Shown: positions 1 through 10,383, numbered from the stretch's first letter. The stretch is DNA of 64,000 nt from an uncultured Chloroflexia bacterium (GCA_963813535.1 CAWEZH010000002.1:608001-672000), one strand, 5' to 3'. The notes: generated from the sequence alone by a model not told the origin. Translations and numbers: made by a program.

Positions 1-193
1 CGGTCCGGTCGTACGTCCGCCAGACGCCGACCTGGCGGCCACGGTCGAATGCGCCGGCTCGCATCAGGCTGCCGTCGGTGCGGAAGAACTCCCACGGGCC
101 GTGCATCTCGCCATCGAGGTGCGCTCCGGTGAACTTCGCGTTCCCGTTCGGGTAGCGGACGGTCTCGACGGACGGCAAGGAGGGCTCGGGCAC
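1..193 (-). CDS. MORN-variant/YwqK-like repeat protein, runs off the window edge
   Basis: Manual translation from GTG 193: MPEPSLPSVETVRYPNGNAKFTGAHLDGEMHGPWEFFRTDGSLMRAGAFDRGRQVGVWRTYDR; YxNG..G...DG..HG.W repeats. Confidence 0.7.
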   Translation of the reverse strand, partial: MPEPSLPSVETVRYPNGNAKFTGAHLDGEMHGPWEFFRTDGSLMRAGAFDRGRQVGVWRTYDRT

Positions 194-301
194 GTCCTCA
201 GTATGCCTCGCCAGTCGGGCGGAAACCTCCGGCCGAATGATGTTGACAGGCCGTTAACGAAGCCTTCCTAGAGTCGCCGCACCCGATACGAAGGAGGTTC
301 G

Positions 302-718
302 ATGATCGCCAGCACGACGCCGATCCGAGCGATCCCGCTCTTCCAGGGTTGCAGCGATCGCTCGATCGAGATCATCGCGGGGATCACGGAGGAAGCCAGT
401 TTCCCGGCCGGAGCCGTCCTCGTGCGCGAAGGCGACGAGGGCGCATCCCTGATCGTCATCCGCAGCGGGTCTGCGACCGTCGACCAGGGCGGCCGGTTCC
501 TCCGCCGGCTCGGTCCGGGCGACTTCCTGGGCGAGATCGCGCTCATCGACGGCCGGCCTCGGACGGCCACCGTGACAGCCGACGAGCCGATCGAGGCGCT
601 CGTGATCGGCCGAGCGGGGTTCGCCCGGATCATGGACGAGTTCCCGGTGATCCGGTATGACCTGGTGAACGCGCTGACCCGACGGCTGCGGGACGGGAGT
701 CCCACGCCGATCGACTGA
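302..718 (+). CDS. Stand-alone cyclic nucleotide-binding domain protein
   Basis: IPLF, LVREGD and GEIALIDGRPRTATV phosphate-binding cassette; AGGAGG RBS; no HTH. Confidence 0.9.
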   Translation: MIASTTPIRAIPLFQGCSDRSIEIIAGITEEASFPAGAVLVREGDEGASLIVIRSGSATVDQGGRFLRRLGPGDFLGEIALIDGRPRTATVTADEPIEALVIGRAGFARIMDEFPVIRYDLVNALTRRLRDGSPTPID

Positions 719-759
719 GCGCCCTCCCGGAGCCTCAGCTCGAACGGACCGGCTGACCG

Positions 760-2415
760 TCAGCCCCGGCGGCAGTCCCTGATGACCGCCGCGGTCGAGC
801 TCCACACGACCGTCCTCGCCTCCTCCAGCCGGTCGAGCGGGGCGAGGCCCCGGTTCGTGATCTCCTCGCGCACGGCGTCGGCCACGCGCGCACGCAGCCG
901 CCCGGCCCATCCGCGACCGACCTGACCGGCGTGGAGCCCGAGCAGTCGCGCGAGCAGATAGCCGATCAGCACGCTGACCAGCAATGCGGCGAACGGCATC
1001 GGGATCGACCCGAGCACCGGCACCTCCACCGTGTCCACGATGGGTCTGGCCAGGATCCACACCACCACCCAGGCGGCGGAGACGGCGATCGTGACCGCCG
1101 CGAGCATCTGCAACAGGCCCAGGACCGCCCACCAGCGGCTCGTCGGTGGCTCCAGCCGGTCCAGACCGGCGATGGCCCGATCGACGGCCCGCTCCAGCCC
1201 CTGCCGTATCGGGGCTGGCTCCAGCGTCGCGGCGAGCGCGGGCCGGACCTGCGGACTTGCGCTCGTCAGCGCCGATCCGAGGGCGGTCGCGAGCGAGTCG
1301 ACGGCCTGCGTGAGCGGTCCGCGGTCTCGCCAGCGCATCAGATGGCCGGTCGGATCGGCGACCTTCGTATCGCGACCCGACGCCCGGTAGATCAGAGATG
1401 TCAGTCGGCCCATCGGTCCGGTCCCCCGAGCGCGGGCACGAGCGCGCGTGGCCGCGACGGCCTGCCGTTCCAGACCTGGCAGGTCGACCGCGCGAAGGAC
1501 GGCGCGCGTCGCGTCGTCGATGGCCGCCGCGCGGGCGGCCGCAGACAGGAACGGCGTCGCGTCACGCTCGGGATCGACCCCGGCGTCATGCGCGAGGTCC
1601 CGAGCATGGTCGACCGCCGTCGCCGCGACCCGCGCGCGGACCACGGCCTTCGACGCGGCACCGTCGGCGAGCCAGGAGCGGAACTCGTCGACGTCGGGCG
1701 CAGGTGCCGCCGTCGTCATCAAGACCGGGACAGGCATCTGGTCGGCGACGGTCAATCGCTCACCGAGATCCGCCTCGAGGTCGTGCCGGATACGCGGTCG
1801 GTCCGTGCCGGACAGGCGATCGGCCTTGTTGACCACGATGGCCTGGCGGTCGAGACGTGGGACCCACGTTCGCAGAAAGCCGTCGTGCAAGACGGCGTCG
1901 TGGTACTTCTCGAGGTCGGTCACCCATGCGACCGCGTCGACCAACGGGAGAAGCGCCTCCACTCGCTCTCGGTGGCTGGTCGTGGTCGAGTCCATATCGG
2001 GCAGGTCGACGATCGCGATCGACCGGAGTCCGTCGGCGCTATGTTCCCGGACGTCGCCCACCCCGAGCCAGCGGAGCAACGGAGCCAGGGACTCACGCTC
2101 CGACGCAGGGACCCAGGCGATCGGTTCGCTCGTCGTCGGGCGACGCACGGACGCGGGGCTGACGTCGACCCCCGCCAAAGCGTTGAGCAGGCTCGATTTG
2201 CCGACGCCGGTCCCGCCGACCAACGCGAGCACATAGGCGTCCGACGGGAAGCCGAGGCGGCGCGCGGCGTCGGCATGCGCGTCCCGGACCGAGTCGGTCG
2301 GGATGCCGAGGAGATCGGCCGCATCGGCCGCTTCGAGCAGCGCATCGAGACAGCGGCGGAGTGCGTCGTCGGCGTCGTCGAGCGGCGGTGGCTCGGCCGA
2401 CGCGGGGTGGTCCAT
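760..2415 (-). CDS. Dynamin-like/TRAFAC GTPase with two C-terminal TM helices (second of pair)
   Basis: Likely start MDHPASA at 2415 overlaps the upstream stop (TGATG); GGTGVGKSS, RRPTT, DLPD, NKAD; hydrophobic hairpin near C-terminus. Confidence 0.8.
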   Translation of the reverse strand: MDHPASAEPPPLDDADDALRRCLDALLEAADAADLLGIPTDSVRDAHADAARRLGFPSDAYVLALVGGTGVGKSSLLNALAGVDVSPASVRRPTTSEPIAWVPASERESLAPLLRWLGVGDVREHSADGLRSIAIVDLPDMDSTTTSHRERVEALLPLVDAVAWVTDLEKYHDAVLHDGFLRTWVPRLDRQAIVVNKADRLSGTDRPRIRHDLEADLGERLTVADQMPVPVLMTTAAPAPDVDEFRSWLADGAASKAVVRARVAATAVDHARDLAHDAGVDPERDATPFLSAAARAAAIDDATRAVLRAVDLPGLERQAVAATRARARARGTGPMGRLTSLIYRASGRDTKVADPTGHLMRWRDRGPLTQAVDSLATALGSALTSASPQVRPALAATLEPAPIRQGLERAVDRAIAGLDRLEPPTSRWWAVLGLLQMLAAVTIAVSAAWVVVWILARPIVDTVEVPVLGSIPMPFAALLVSVLIGYLLARLLGLHAGQVGRGWAGRLRARVADAVREEITNRGLAPLDRLEEARTVVWSSTAAVIRDCRRG

Positions 2416-4124
2416 CAGGACGGGGACGGGAGCGCGCGAACATCGGCCGCCGCAGCCCGCAGGTCGGTCGCCAGTTCGGCCAGGACGCCCGACGGAGGCA
2501 GCAATGCCTCGAACCGGGCACGCTCCTCCTCGAAGGTCGTCGACAGCGCTTCGTCGAGGTGCTGCCGAGCGTGCGCGACGAGCTCCGCCATCGCCGCTTC
2601 GCCGAACAATGCGGCGAGGACCTTCTGGTTGAGGAACGCGGTGGCAGCGGCGACGCCGAGCTCCGCACCCGTGATGCCACCGGTGTGCATGAACGTCGCG
2701 AGCATGACGCCGGTGCCCATCGCGTTGACGCCGACGGCGGCTCCTCGGGCAAGCAACCGCTTGGGCCGACCGTGCGCCTGGATCTCCTCGGTGATGCCTT
2801 CCATCCAGCGTTCGATGCGATCCTGGAGTCGCGCATCGAAGTCGGGGGAGGGGACCCACAACTCGGGTTCCTCGGCGATCCGCCGCCCGGCCGCCGGCGT
2901 CTCCGACCAGGCCGTGGCGGTCCGCCGCGCAGCCTCCGCCGCCTGGAGGCGGGCAACGGCGATCAGGTCCTCGGTGGTCGCGGCGCGGACCTCGGCGACC
3001 GGTGCTGTGGCAGGCCGCAGGACTGCCGATATGGCGCCGCGGATCCGGCCGATGCCCTCCGAGAAGAACCGCGTCATCTGATCCGCCCCGACGAACGTCT
3101 GCCACTGGCGCAGCGCCTCTTCGCGCAGGAACGTGCCACGACCGACTTCGTGCCGCAGCGCGTCCAGCGACGTCTCGTAGGCACGATCGGCGAGACGCCG
3201 GAGCGCCTCCACGTCGATCGATTCGTGCTCGGCGTCGTCGGCGATCTGGTCGACGCTCTCGCCGAGCCCGGTCAGTGAGCCGGTCAGCGCCCGAGCTGCG
3301 AGGTCGAGCCGTGCCTGTCGATCGGCGCGGAGGCTGGCGATCTCGTCGAGCACCGGACCGATGGCGGCACGTTCCAGCCGGTCGCCCGCGGGATCGAGCG
3401 CGCCTTCGGCGACAGCGATGACCTCCCGCGGCGGAGCGGCCTCGTCGGCGGCCTGGACGCCGTCGAGGCCCGCCTCGGTGAGCAGGCGACGGATGTCGGC
3501 CACGACCTCGGCGCGATCTCCCGCATCGGGTGGCATCCGGTTGACGATCACCTGCAGTGGCAGACCTCGCTCGCGTACGCGTTCGAGGACGCCCCAAGGG
3601 ACACGGTCCGCGTAGCGCGTGGCGGTGGTGACGAAGACCGCCAGATCGGCCGCCTCCACGAGGCGGTCCGTCAGTTCGCGATTGGCGTGCTCGACGGAGT
3701 CGATGTCCGGCGCGTCGACGAGGACGAGCCCAGGCTCGACCGCGCCGTCCTCGACGAACCGAAGCTGCGACGGCAGGACGCGGGCGAGGGTCCCATCGAG
3801 AAGTCCGACCTGATCGTCGGGATGGAGCAGGACGACCGCGACGCGGGTGGTCGGACGCAGGACGCCGGTCTCGCTGGCCGCACGACCGGCGATCGTGTTG
3901 AAGACCGTGCTCTTGCCTGCTCCGGTCGGACCGACGAGCACCACCAACAGCGGAGCATCGAGCGACGCGGCCCGGACCCGGACGTGTCCGGCGAGATGAT
4001 CGGCGAGGCGCGTCGCGCGAGCGAGCGCGGCCTCGCTCCGCGGTCTCGCCGCCAGGCGACGCTCGGCCAGCGCCTCCAGGCGCTGGACCAGGTCCCGCAA
4101 AGCCGACGGAGCGGTCCCACTCAT
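2415..4124 (-). CDS. Dynamin-like/TRAFAC GTPase (first of pair)
   Basis: GPTGAGKST, LRPTT, DAPD, NRMP; helical C-terminus with Gly-rich membrane segment. Confidence 0.8.
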   Translation of the reverse strand: MSGTAPSALRDLVQRLEALAERRLAARPRSEAALARATRLADHLAGHVRVRAASLDAPLLVVLVGPTGAGKSTVFNTIAGRAASETGVLRPTTRVAVVLLHPDDQVGLLDGTLARVLPSQLRFVEDGAVEPGLVLVDAPDIDSVEHANRELTDRLVEAADLAVFVTTATRYADRVPWGVLERVRERGLPLQVIVNRMPPDAGDRAEVVADIRRLLTEAGLDGVQAADEAAPPREVIAVAEGALDPAGDRLERAAIGPVLDEIASLRADRQARLDLAARALTGSLTGLGESVDQIADDAEHESIDVEALRRLADRAYETSLDALRHEVGRGTFLREEALRQWQTFVGADQMTRFFSEGIGRIRGAISAVLRPATAPVAEVRAATTEDLIAVARLQAAEAARRTATAWSETPAAGRRIAEEPELWVPSPDFDARLQDRIERWMEGITEEIQAHGRPKRLLARGAAVGVNAMGTGVMLATFMHTGGITGAELGVAAATAFLNQKVLAALFGEAAMAELVAHARQHLDEALSTTFEEERARFEALLPPSGVLAELATDLRAAAADVRALPSPS

Positions 4125-4205
4125 CCATTCACCCTAACCGCCATCGGCGGCCGTCGTGCATGTCAGAGCGGGGCGCACCCCATCGCAGTCGGGTAGCAGT
4201 GACCG

Positions 4206-5042
4206 TCAGCGCTTGACGATGACCGCCTCGAGATACTCGTTCGGGACGATCATCGTGCCGTCTTCAGCACGATTGAACCGCCCGATCAGCTCGATGATCT
4301 CCGCTTCGAGCGCCGCACGACCGGCATCACCCACGCTCTCGAACGCCTTGAGGGTCGGACCGTAATAGGTGCGCCAGTACTCGACGTAATGCTCCGGCGA
4401 TCGATCGCGGAACGTGTAATGACGCTTCTCGAGGGTGATTTCGGCGATCTGCCCGGTGAACAGCTCGTGCAGGCGGGCCTCGGTGCCCCACTGGATGGGC
4501 GAGCGCAGACCCGCGGGCGGCGGGATGTGCTTCGCCATCACCTTGAACAGGTTGCCGATGAAGCCGTCGGGAGTGTGGGCCACGACGCCGATCCGGCCGC
4601 CCGATCGGGCGACGCGGGCGAGCTCGCTCGCCGTCTGCTCCTGGTTCGGCGCGAACATGGAGCCGAAGACCGAGCTGACGACATCGAAGCTGCCGTCCTC
4701 GAACGGCAGCGCCTCGGCGTCACCCTCGATGAACTCGACCGAGAGGCCCTCTGCATCGGCGCGTCGACGGGCGCGCTCGAGCAGGCCGGGAACGTAGTCG
4801 ACACCGACGGCATCGCAACCCCGCCGCGCGGCAGCGAGGGCAGCATTGCCGCTGCCGGTCGCGACGTCGAGCACGCGCTCGGTCGAGTGCACGTCGAGCG
4901 CCTCGATGAGGAGCTCAGACACGATCTGGATCTGGGTCCCGATCATGTGGTAGTCGCCACTGGCCCAGGTGGCCTGCTGGCGCGTCTTGATCGCCGCGAG
5001 ATCGGGCGTCGGGGTGGTGTCGGGCGCGGTCGCTTGGGTCAT
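4206..5042 (-). CDS. Class I SAM-dependent methyltransferase
   Basis: VLDVATGSG, GDAEALPFEDGSFDVV. Confidence 0.9.
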   Translation of the reverse strand: MTQATAPDTTPTPDLAAIKTRQQATWASGDYHMIGTQIQIVSELLIEALDVHSTERVLDVATGSGNAALAAARRGCDAVGVDYVPGLLERARRRADAEGLSVEFIEGDAEALPFEDGSFDVVSSVFGSMFAPNQEQTASELARVARSGGRIGVVAHTPDGFIGNLFKVMAKHIPPPAGLRSPIQWGTEARLHELFTGQIAEITLEKRHYTFRDRSPEHYVEYWRTYYGPTLKAFESVGDAGRAALEAEIIELIGRFNRAEDGTMIVPNEYLEAVIVKR

Positions 5043-5217
5043 GCCGTGTCTCCCTTCGTCGTGCGTTTCAAGATGAGCATCGAGCTACATGGTCGACGCC
5101 GCATCTACGGAAATCCCTACGTTTCGGGACCGGTCGCCTCTGTCCGTTCGCCCACAGTGACATGGGACCGTCACGCAACGTCCGCCAGCCGACCTCGGGG
5201 TTCGGTAGCCTTGACGC

Positions 5218-7485
5218 ATGACCGAATACATCGAGCTGCGAGGGGCGCGCGAGAACAACCTCAAGGACATCTCGCTGCGGATCCCAAAACGGCGGATCAC
5301 GATCTTCACCGGCGTGTCCGGCTCCGGGAAGTCGTCGATCGTGTTCGACACGATCGCGACCGAGGCGCAGCGGCAGCTCTACGAGAACTTCAGCATGTTC
5401 ATCCGGAGCTTCCTGCCGCGCTACCCGCAGCCCGAGGCCGACGCCATCGAGAACCTCAGCATGGCCGTGATCGTCGATCAGAAACGGCTGGGCGGCGGGT
5501 CGCACTCGACCGTCGGCACCGTGACCGACATCTACACCGCCCTTCGCCTGCTGTTCTCGCGCGTCGGCAAGCCCCATATCGGGTACTCGAACGTGTTCTC
5601 GTTCAATGACCCGCAGGGCATGTGCCCGGAGTGCAACGGGCTCGGTCGAAAGGCCGGTTTCGTCGTCGACGACCTGGTCGACATGACGAGATCGCTCAAC
5701 GAAGGCGCCGTCAAGGTGCCGTTCTGGGGAGACTGGGACATCAGCGCTTACGCCGCGTCGGGCTTCTTCGACAATGACAAGAAGGTCGCAGATTACACGC
5801 CCGCTGAGTTGGACCTGCTCCTGTACGGCAAGGACCGGAAGTACAAGCTGCCGATCGGCGACAAGGAGATGAACGCCTCGTACTTCGGCGTGGTCGAGAA
5901 GCTCGAGCGCAAGTACGTCAGGCAGGACATCAAAGCGCTCTCGGAGCGGACCCAGAAGCAGGTCGAGCCATACATGCGCATGCGGGTGTGCCCGCTGTGC
6001 AAGGGCGCTCGCCTGAGCCAGGCCGCGCTCAGCTCGAAGATCGACGGCCACGACATCGCCGAGCTTGCCGGTCTGGAGATCGGCGACCTCATCGCCGTCC
6101 TGCGACTGATGACCGATCCGGTCGGCGAGCCGATCGTCCGGACGCTCGTCGAACGCCTGCAGCACATGGTCGACATCGGCCTCGATTACCTCAGCCTCGA
6201 TCGCGAGACGGACACGCTGTCGGGCGGGGAGTCGCAGCGCGTCAAGCTCGTCAAGCACCTCGGGAGCAGCCTGGTCGACGTCATGTACATCCTCGACGAG
6301 CCGAGCATCGGGCTCCATCCACGCGACGTCCATCGGCTGACCGAGTTGCTGCAGCTGCTGCGCGACCGCGGCAACACCGTGCTCGTCGTCGAGCACGACC
6401 CCGACGTGATCAAGGCGGCGGACCACGTCGTCGACGTCGGGCCGCTCGCCGGGAGCGCCGGCGGGGAGATCGTGTTCGAGGGATCGTTCGCCGACCTGCG
6501 GACCACCGACACGCTCACGGGCCAGTACCTGGATCGCTCACTCCCGCTCAAGGAGCGCACCCGCACGCCGACCGGCTGGCTACCGGTCCGGGACGCGCGA
6601 GCCAACAACCTCAAGGGCGTCGACGTCGACATCCCGACAGCGGTGCTCACCGTCGTGACCGGCGTCGCGGGCTCGGGCAAGAGCTCGCTGATCGACGAGG
6701 TGTTCCTCCCGGAGCACCCGGAGGCCGTGGTGATCGATCAGTCCGCCGTCGGTACGTCGACCCGCTCCAACCCGGCCACCTACACCGGCGTGATGGACGA
6801 CATCCGCAAGGCGTTCGCGGTCGCCAACACGGTGGACGCCGGCCTGTTCAGCTTCAACTCGAAGGGTGCCTGCGAGAACTGCAATGGCTCGGGTGTCATC
6901 TACACGGAGTTGTCGTTCCTCGGGGGTGTCAAGACGCCGTGCGAGATCTGCGAGGGACGTCGGTTCAAGGACGAGGTCCTCGAGTACACGCTCGATGGCC
7001 GCAACGTCTCCGAGGTCCTCGCCCTCACCGTGGCCCAGGCGCTCGAGGCGTTCACCCAGAAGGACATCCGCCGCAAGCTCCAGGCCATGAGTGACGTCGG
7101 GCTCGACTACCTCACGCTCGGCCAGCCGCTGAGCACCCTATCGGGTGGTGAATGCCAGCGGATCAAGATGGCCAGCGAGCTGCACAGGAAGGGCAACATC
7201 TACGTCCTCGACGAGCCGACGACGGGACTCCACATGTCGGATACGAGCCACCTGCTCGAGATGCTCGACCGACTGGTCGACGCCGGCAACACGGTCATCG
7301 TCATCGAGCACAACCTCGACGTGGTCCGGAACGCCGACTGGATCATCGACCTCGGGCCGGAGGGTGGAAGCCGTGGCGGACAGCTGATCTTCAGCGGAAC
7401 GCCGAGCGGGATCCTCGAGGCGCCGGGCTCACTCACCGGCGAGTATCTCCGCCGGCGCGAACCCGCGGCAGCGATCCACGCCTGA
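5218..7485 (+). CDS. uvrA: UvrA-like ABC ATPase (class II, DrrC-like)
   Basis: GARENNLK, two Walker A (GVSGSGKSS, GVAGSGKSS), two LSGGE, Cys zinc modules; 755 aa, shorter than canonical UvrA. Confidence 0.85.
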   Translation: MTEYIELRGARENNLKDISLRIPKRRITIFTGVSGSGKSSIVFDTIATEAQRQLYENFSMFIRSFLPRYPQPEADAIENLSMAVIVDQKRLGGGSHSTVGTVTDIYTALRLLFSRVGKPHIGYSNVFSFNDPQGMCPECNGLGRKAGFVVDDLVDMTRSLNEGAVKVPFWGDWDISAYAASGFFDNDKKVADYTPAELDLLLYGKDRKYKLPIGDKEMNASYFGVVEKLERKYVRQDIKALSERTQKQVEPYMRMRVCPLCKGARLSQAALSSKIDGHDIAELAGLEIGDLIAVLRLMTDPVGEPIVRTLVERLQHMVDIGLDYLSLDRETDTLSGGESQRVKLVKHLGSSLVDVMYILDEPSIGLHPRDVHRLTELLQLLRDRGNTVLVVEHDPDVIKAADHVVDVGPLAGSAGGEIVFEGSFADLRTTDTLTGQYLDRSLPLKERTRTPTGWLPVRDARANNLKGVDVDIPTAVLTVVTGVAGSGKSSLIDEVFLPEHPEAVVIDQSAVGTSTRSNPATYTGVMDDIRKAFAVANTVDAGLFSFNSKGACENCNGSGVIYTELSFLGGVKTPCEICEGRRFKDEVLEYTLDGRNVSEVLALTVAQALEAFTQKDIRRKLQAMSDVGLDYLTLGQPLSTLSGGECQRIKMASELHRKGNIYVLDEPTTGLHMSDTSHLLEMLDRLVDAGNTVIVIEHNLDVVRNADWIIDLGPEGGSRGGQLIFSGTPSGILEAPGSLTGEYLRRREPAAAIHA

Positions 7486-7572
7486 CCGTCGGGGGCTGAC
7501 GGCCGGGGAGTAGGCTGGGGGCGCCCACCGACTCGACCGTTGCCAGGCCGGCTTGGGCGGGAAGGGTCCGTC

Positions 7573-8385
7573 ATGACGACGACCACCGCTACCGTGCCGC
7601 GCGATGACGGGCGTTCCGTCCGGGACCAGGTCGCGAGCGTCGCCCTGTTCGTCGCGATCACGCTGACGTTCGCCCTCATCGCCACCGTCCTCGCGATCAA
7701 CTCCGGCGCGGACCCGAACCTGCTCGCGTTCCCGTTGGCACTGGCACCAGCGCTCATCGCGATCGCCCTCGCATGGCGCGAGGGCGCAGTCCGCCAGCTG
7801 CTACGCCGGCTGGCGGTCCTTCCGGCACGGCCGATCTGGTTCGCCACCTTGTTGCTGCCGCTGGCGGCGTTCCTCGCCGTCGATGTCGTCGCCGTGGCCC
7901 TTGGCGAACCGATCACCGGCCTGTTCGACAGCGTCTTCCCGGCCGTCCTCATCGTGCCGCTGGTCGTGCTCCTTCCTGCGATCACCGAGGAGATCGGCTG
8001 GCGCGGCTTCGCCCTCCACCGATCCCTGAGCGCGACATCGCCGTTGCGTGCCGCGCTGATCCTCGGCGTCCCGTGGACACTCATCCACGTCGGCCTGTTC
8101 CTCCCCGGCCAGATGAATGCGGGAGCGGCCTACTGGTCGATGGCGACCCAGATCATGTCCATGTCGGTGATCCTGGCCTGGGTCTACGTGGGTACTGGTC
8201 GGAGCATCTTGATGGCTGCCCTCATGCACGCGCTCTTCAATGGGTTCGTGCCGCTGTCGGGCGGGGTCGAACCCGAGCTCGCCTGGGCCATCCGCGGCAT
8301 CGTGTGGCCGATCATCGCGCTCGCGATCGTCGCGCTCGGCGGGTTCCGCGGTCTCGACCTACGTGGGCAGCACACCGAGGCCTAG
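7573..8385 (+). CDS. CPBP (CAAX/Abi) intramembrane protease
   Basis: EEIGWRGF, WTLIH, HALFN motifs; multi-TM. Confidence 0.85.
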   Translation: MTTTTATVPRDDGRSVRDQVASVALFVAITLTFALIATVLAINSGADPNLLAFPLALAPALIAIALAWREGAVRQLLRRLAVLPARPIWFATLLLPLAAFLAVDVVAVALGEPITGLFDSVFPAVLIVPLVVLLPAITEEIGWRGFALHRSLSATSPLRAALILGVPWTLIHVGLFLPGQMNAGAAYWSMATQIMSMSVILAWVYVGTGRSILMAALMHALFNGFVPLSGGVEPELAWAIRGIVWPIIALAIVALGGFRGLDLRGQHTEA

Positions 8386-8416
8386 GCGATCCGCCCGGAC
8401 CACGGAGGCGTCCGTC

Positions 8417-9070
8417 TCAGGACCCGGTGACCACCGGATCGCCCTGTCGGCCGGGCACCTTGCGAAGCCGTGAGGGGTGGCGAAGCAGAGTGATCGCCGC
8501 GCCCAGCAGCGCGCCCGAGGCGGTCTCGGCCAGGTCGGTCATGGTGTCGTCGTAGGTCAGGTCCATGCCCTTCGCGCCGAGCTTCAGGCCGACCCACTCG
8601 GCGATCTCCCAGATCCCGGCCGCCGCGATCCCCGCCAGCGCCGCGACCCCGGCCGCCTCCCATGACGTCTTGACCCGCGGCGTGGCCAGTGCCCCGGCGA
8701 CCGAGGCCACGGTCGCGCCATCGGCGAAGTGGATCAGGTCGTCGATGTGGGCGCGGCGGTAGATGCCGATCGCGTTCCCGCCCGCGTCGACGAGCAACGG
8801 CAGCGTCACGGCGAGGTCGAGCTCACGCGGATACGGCTGCGGTCGTCCGGCGACACGCCACGCCAATGGCACGAGCAGCATCCCGCCCGTATAGCCGATC
8901 GCCCGGATGCGCATCGCCTTGCCGCTATACCGCGGCGCGTTGGAGTTGACGAAGGCGTCGATCGCCAGCGCCACGACCGCGGCCTTTGCGGCGCTGATCC
9001 CGGCAACCCATACGACATCGCCAGGAGTCGGCGGTGGCGTCGTCGACGCGCTCCCGGTGGACGGGGTCAC
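8417..9070 (-). CDS. Hypothetical membrane protein
   Basis: GTGA overlap with the upstream stop; DDLIHF, WEIAEW, DTMTDL motifs resemble DUF2238/VanZ-like membrane proteins. Confidence 0.6.
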   Translation of the reverse strand: MTPSTGSASTTPPPTPGDVVWVAGISAAKAAVVALAIDAFVNSNAPRYSGKAMRIRAIGYTGGMLLVPLAWRVAGRPQPYPRELDLAVTLPLLVDAGGNAIGIYRRAHIDDLIHFADGATVASVAGALATPRVKTSWEAAGVAALAGIAAAGIWEIAEWVGLKLGAKGMDLTYDDTMTDLAETASGALLGAAITLLRHPSRLRKVPGRQGDPVVTGS

Positions 9071-9495
9071 GGATTCCACGGCCCGACCCCGGAGATGCGT
9101 TCGGGCGTGATGTGGAGGACGAAGCCCGGCGGCGGATCCGGCATCGCCGGGAACACCACTTCCGGTCCGAGGTAGATCCGGGCCAGCCGTTGGAGCAGCT
9201 CCGGCGCGCCACCCTCCGTCACGCGGCCCAGGCCGTTGATGACCAGGTACTCGCGCAGGCCCCACTGATTGACGACGTCGGACTGGACGGTGAGCGCGAC
9301 GCGCGGGTCGCGGCGCACATTGCGCAGCTTGCGCTGGTCGTGCAGCGTGCCGATCACGATGTCACCGTCCTCGACACCGACCCAGGCCGAGCTCAGGTGC
9401 GGGGTCCCGTCGGCGTCCAGCGTCACCACGGACGCGACGGCCGCCGTCTCGAGCAGCCGTCGCGCAGGGACCGGCAGATGGTCAGCCGGCGACAA
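9067..9495 (-). CDS. PPOX-class F420-dependent oxidoreductase
   Basis: TLDADGTPHLSSAW, KLRNVRRDPRVAL. Confidence 0.85.
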   Translation of the reverse strand: MSPADHLPVPARRLLETAAVASVVTLDADGTPHLSSAWVGVEDGDIVIGTLHDQRKLRNVRRDPRVALTVQSDVVNQWGLREYLVINGLGRVTEGGAPELLQRLARIYLGPEVVFPAMPDPPPGFVLHITPERISGVGPWNP

Positions 9496-10252
9496 GCGTC
9501 ATCAGCCCGAAGGATGCCCCTTGCGGATCGCTCACGATCGACATGCGCCCGCCGGGGAAGTCGAGCGGCGGGACGAGCTCTGACGCCCCCGCATCGATCG
9601 CTTGCCGATGCGTCGCATCCACGTCGTCCACGGTGAAATAGGCCATCCAGTAGTTCGGCACGTTCGCCGGCACCATCGGGTCCATCTCCGTCGCGCCCGC
9701 GATGCTCTCGCCGTCGACCTGGAACTCCGTGTACGGCTGGGAATCGGATCCTGTCGTCTTGAGACCCCAGCCGAAGACCCGCTCATAGAACGGCAGTGCC
9801 GATGCCACGTTTCGGGCGTTCAGGTCGGCCCACCCGAAGGCCCCCTGTCCGGTGGTCTGGAAGCCACCCATCCGCGTCGATTGCCAGGCCGAGATGAACG
9901 CCCCGGTCGGGTCCTGGAAGACTGCCATCCGGCCCTGATCGCCGACGTCGAACGGCGCGGCGACGACCGATCCGCCGGCGGCCATGACGGCGTTCGCAAG
10001 AGCGTCGACGTCGTCGGTGCCGACATAGACGTTCCAGGCTGCGGGCTGATCAGGTGACTGCGTGCCGCCGATCCCGGCCACGTCACGGCCGTCGAGTTTC
10101 GCGCGGCCGTAGCCGCCGTACTGGGGATCCGGGTTGACCTCGATCTCCCAACCGAACACCGTGGAATAGAAGTCCCGGGCTGCCCCGGGGTCTGGTGCCG
10201 ACAGGTCGATCCAGGTCGGCTTGTTCGTCAATGCCGTTGCCGCTTCTGCCAT
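9482..10252 (-). CDS. Two-domain VOC/glyoxalase protein (CFP32-like)
   Basis: Duplicated WxDL..FY..VFGW and DPxGA motifs. Confidence 0.9.
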   Translation of the reverse strand: MAEAATALTNKPTWIDLSAPDPGAARDFYSTVFGWEIEVNPDPQYGGYGRAKLDGRDVAGIGGTQSPDQPAAWNVYVGTDDVDALANAVMAAGGSVVAAPFDVGDQGRMAVFQDPTGAFISAWQSTRMGGFQTTGQGAFGWADLNARNVASALPFYERVFGWGLKTTGSDSQPYTEFQVDGESIAGATEMDPMVPANVPNYWMAYFTVDDVDATHRQAIDAGASELVPPLDFPGGRMSIVSDPQGASFGLMTLVAG

Positions 10253-10383
10253 GGCTCGATCCTCCGTCGAGTGTCCATCGGCGATGCGCGCCGGGCGCGC
10301 CTGGGGGCGTCGATTGTCGCACGGACCTGTCAGGCCGACCCACCGGACCGAGGCGCACCAGGGCCTCGTCCATCACCAGGCGA

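Noticed and set aside
931-3081. 716-aa plus-strand ORF, and similar long ORFs at 5068-6426, 29021-30658, 36835-38406 and 59130-60929
   Set aside because: Antisense shadow ORFs typical of ~70% GC DNA, with no motifs, opposite well-supported genes.
760-4128. 1122-aa ORF as a single protein
   Set aside because: The N-terminal half is Arg-rich off-frame translation of the 2415-4124 gene; the likely real start is ATG 2415.
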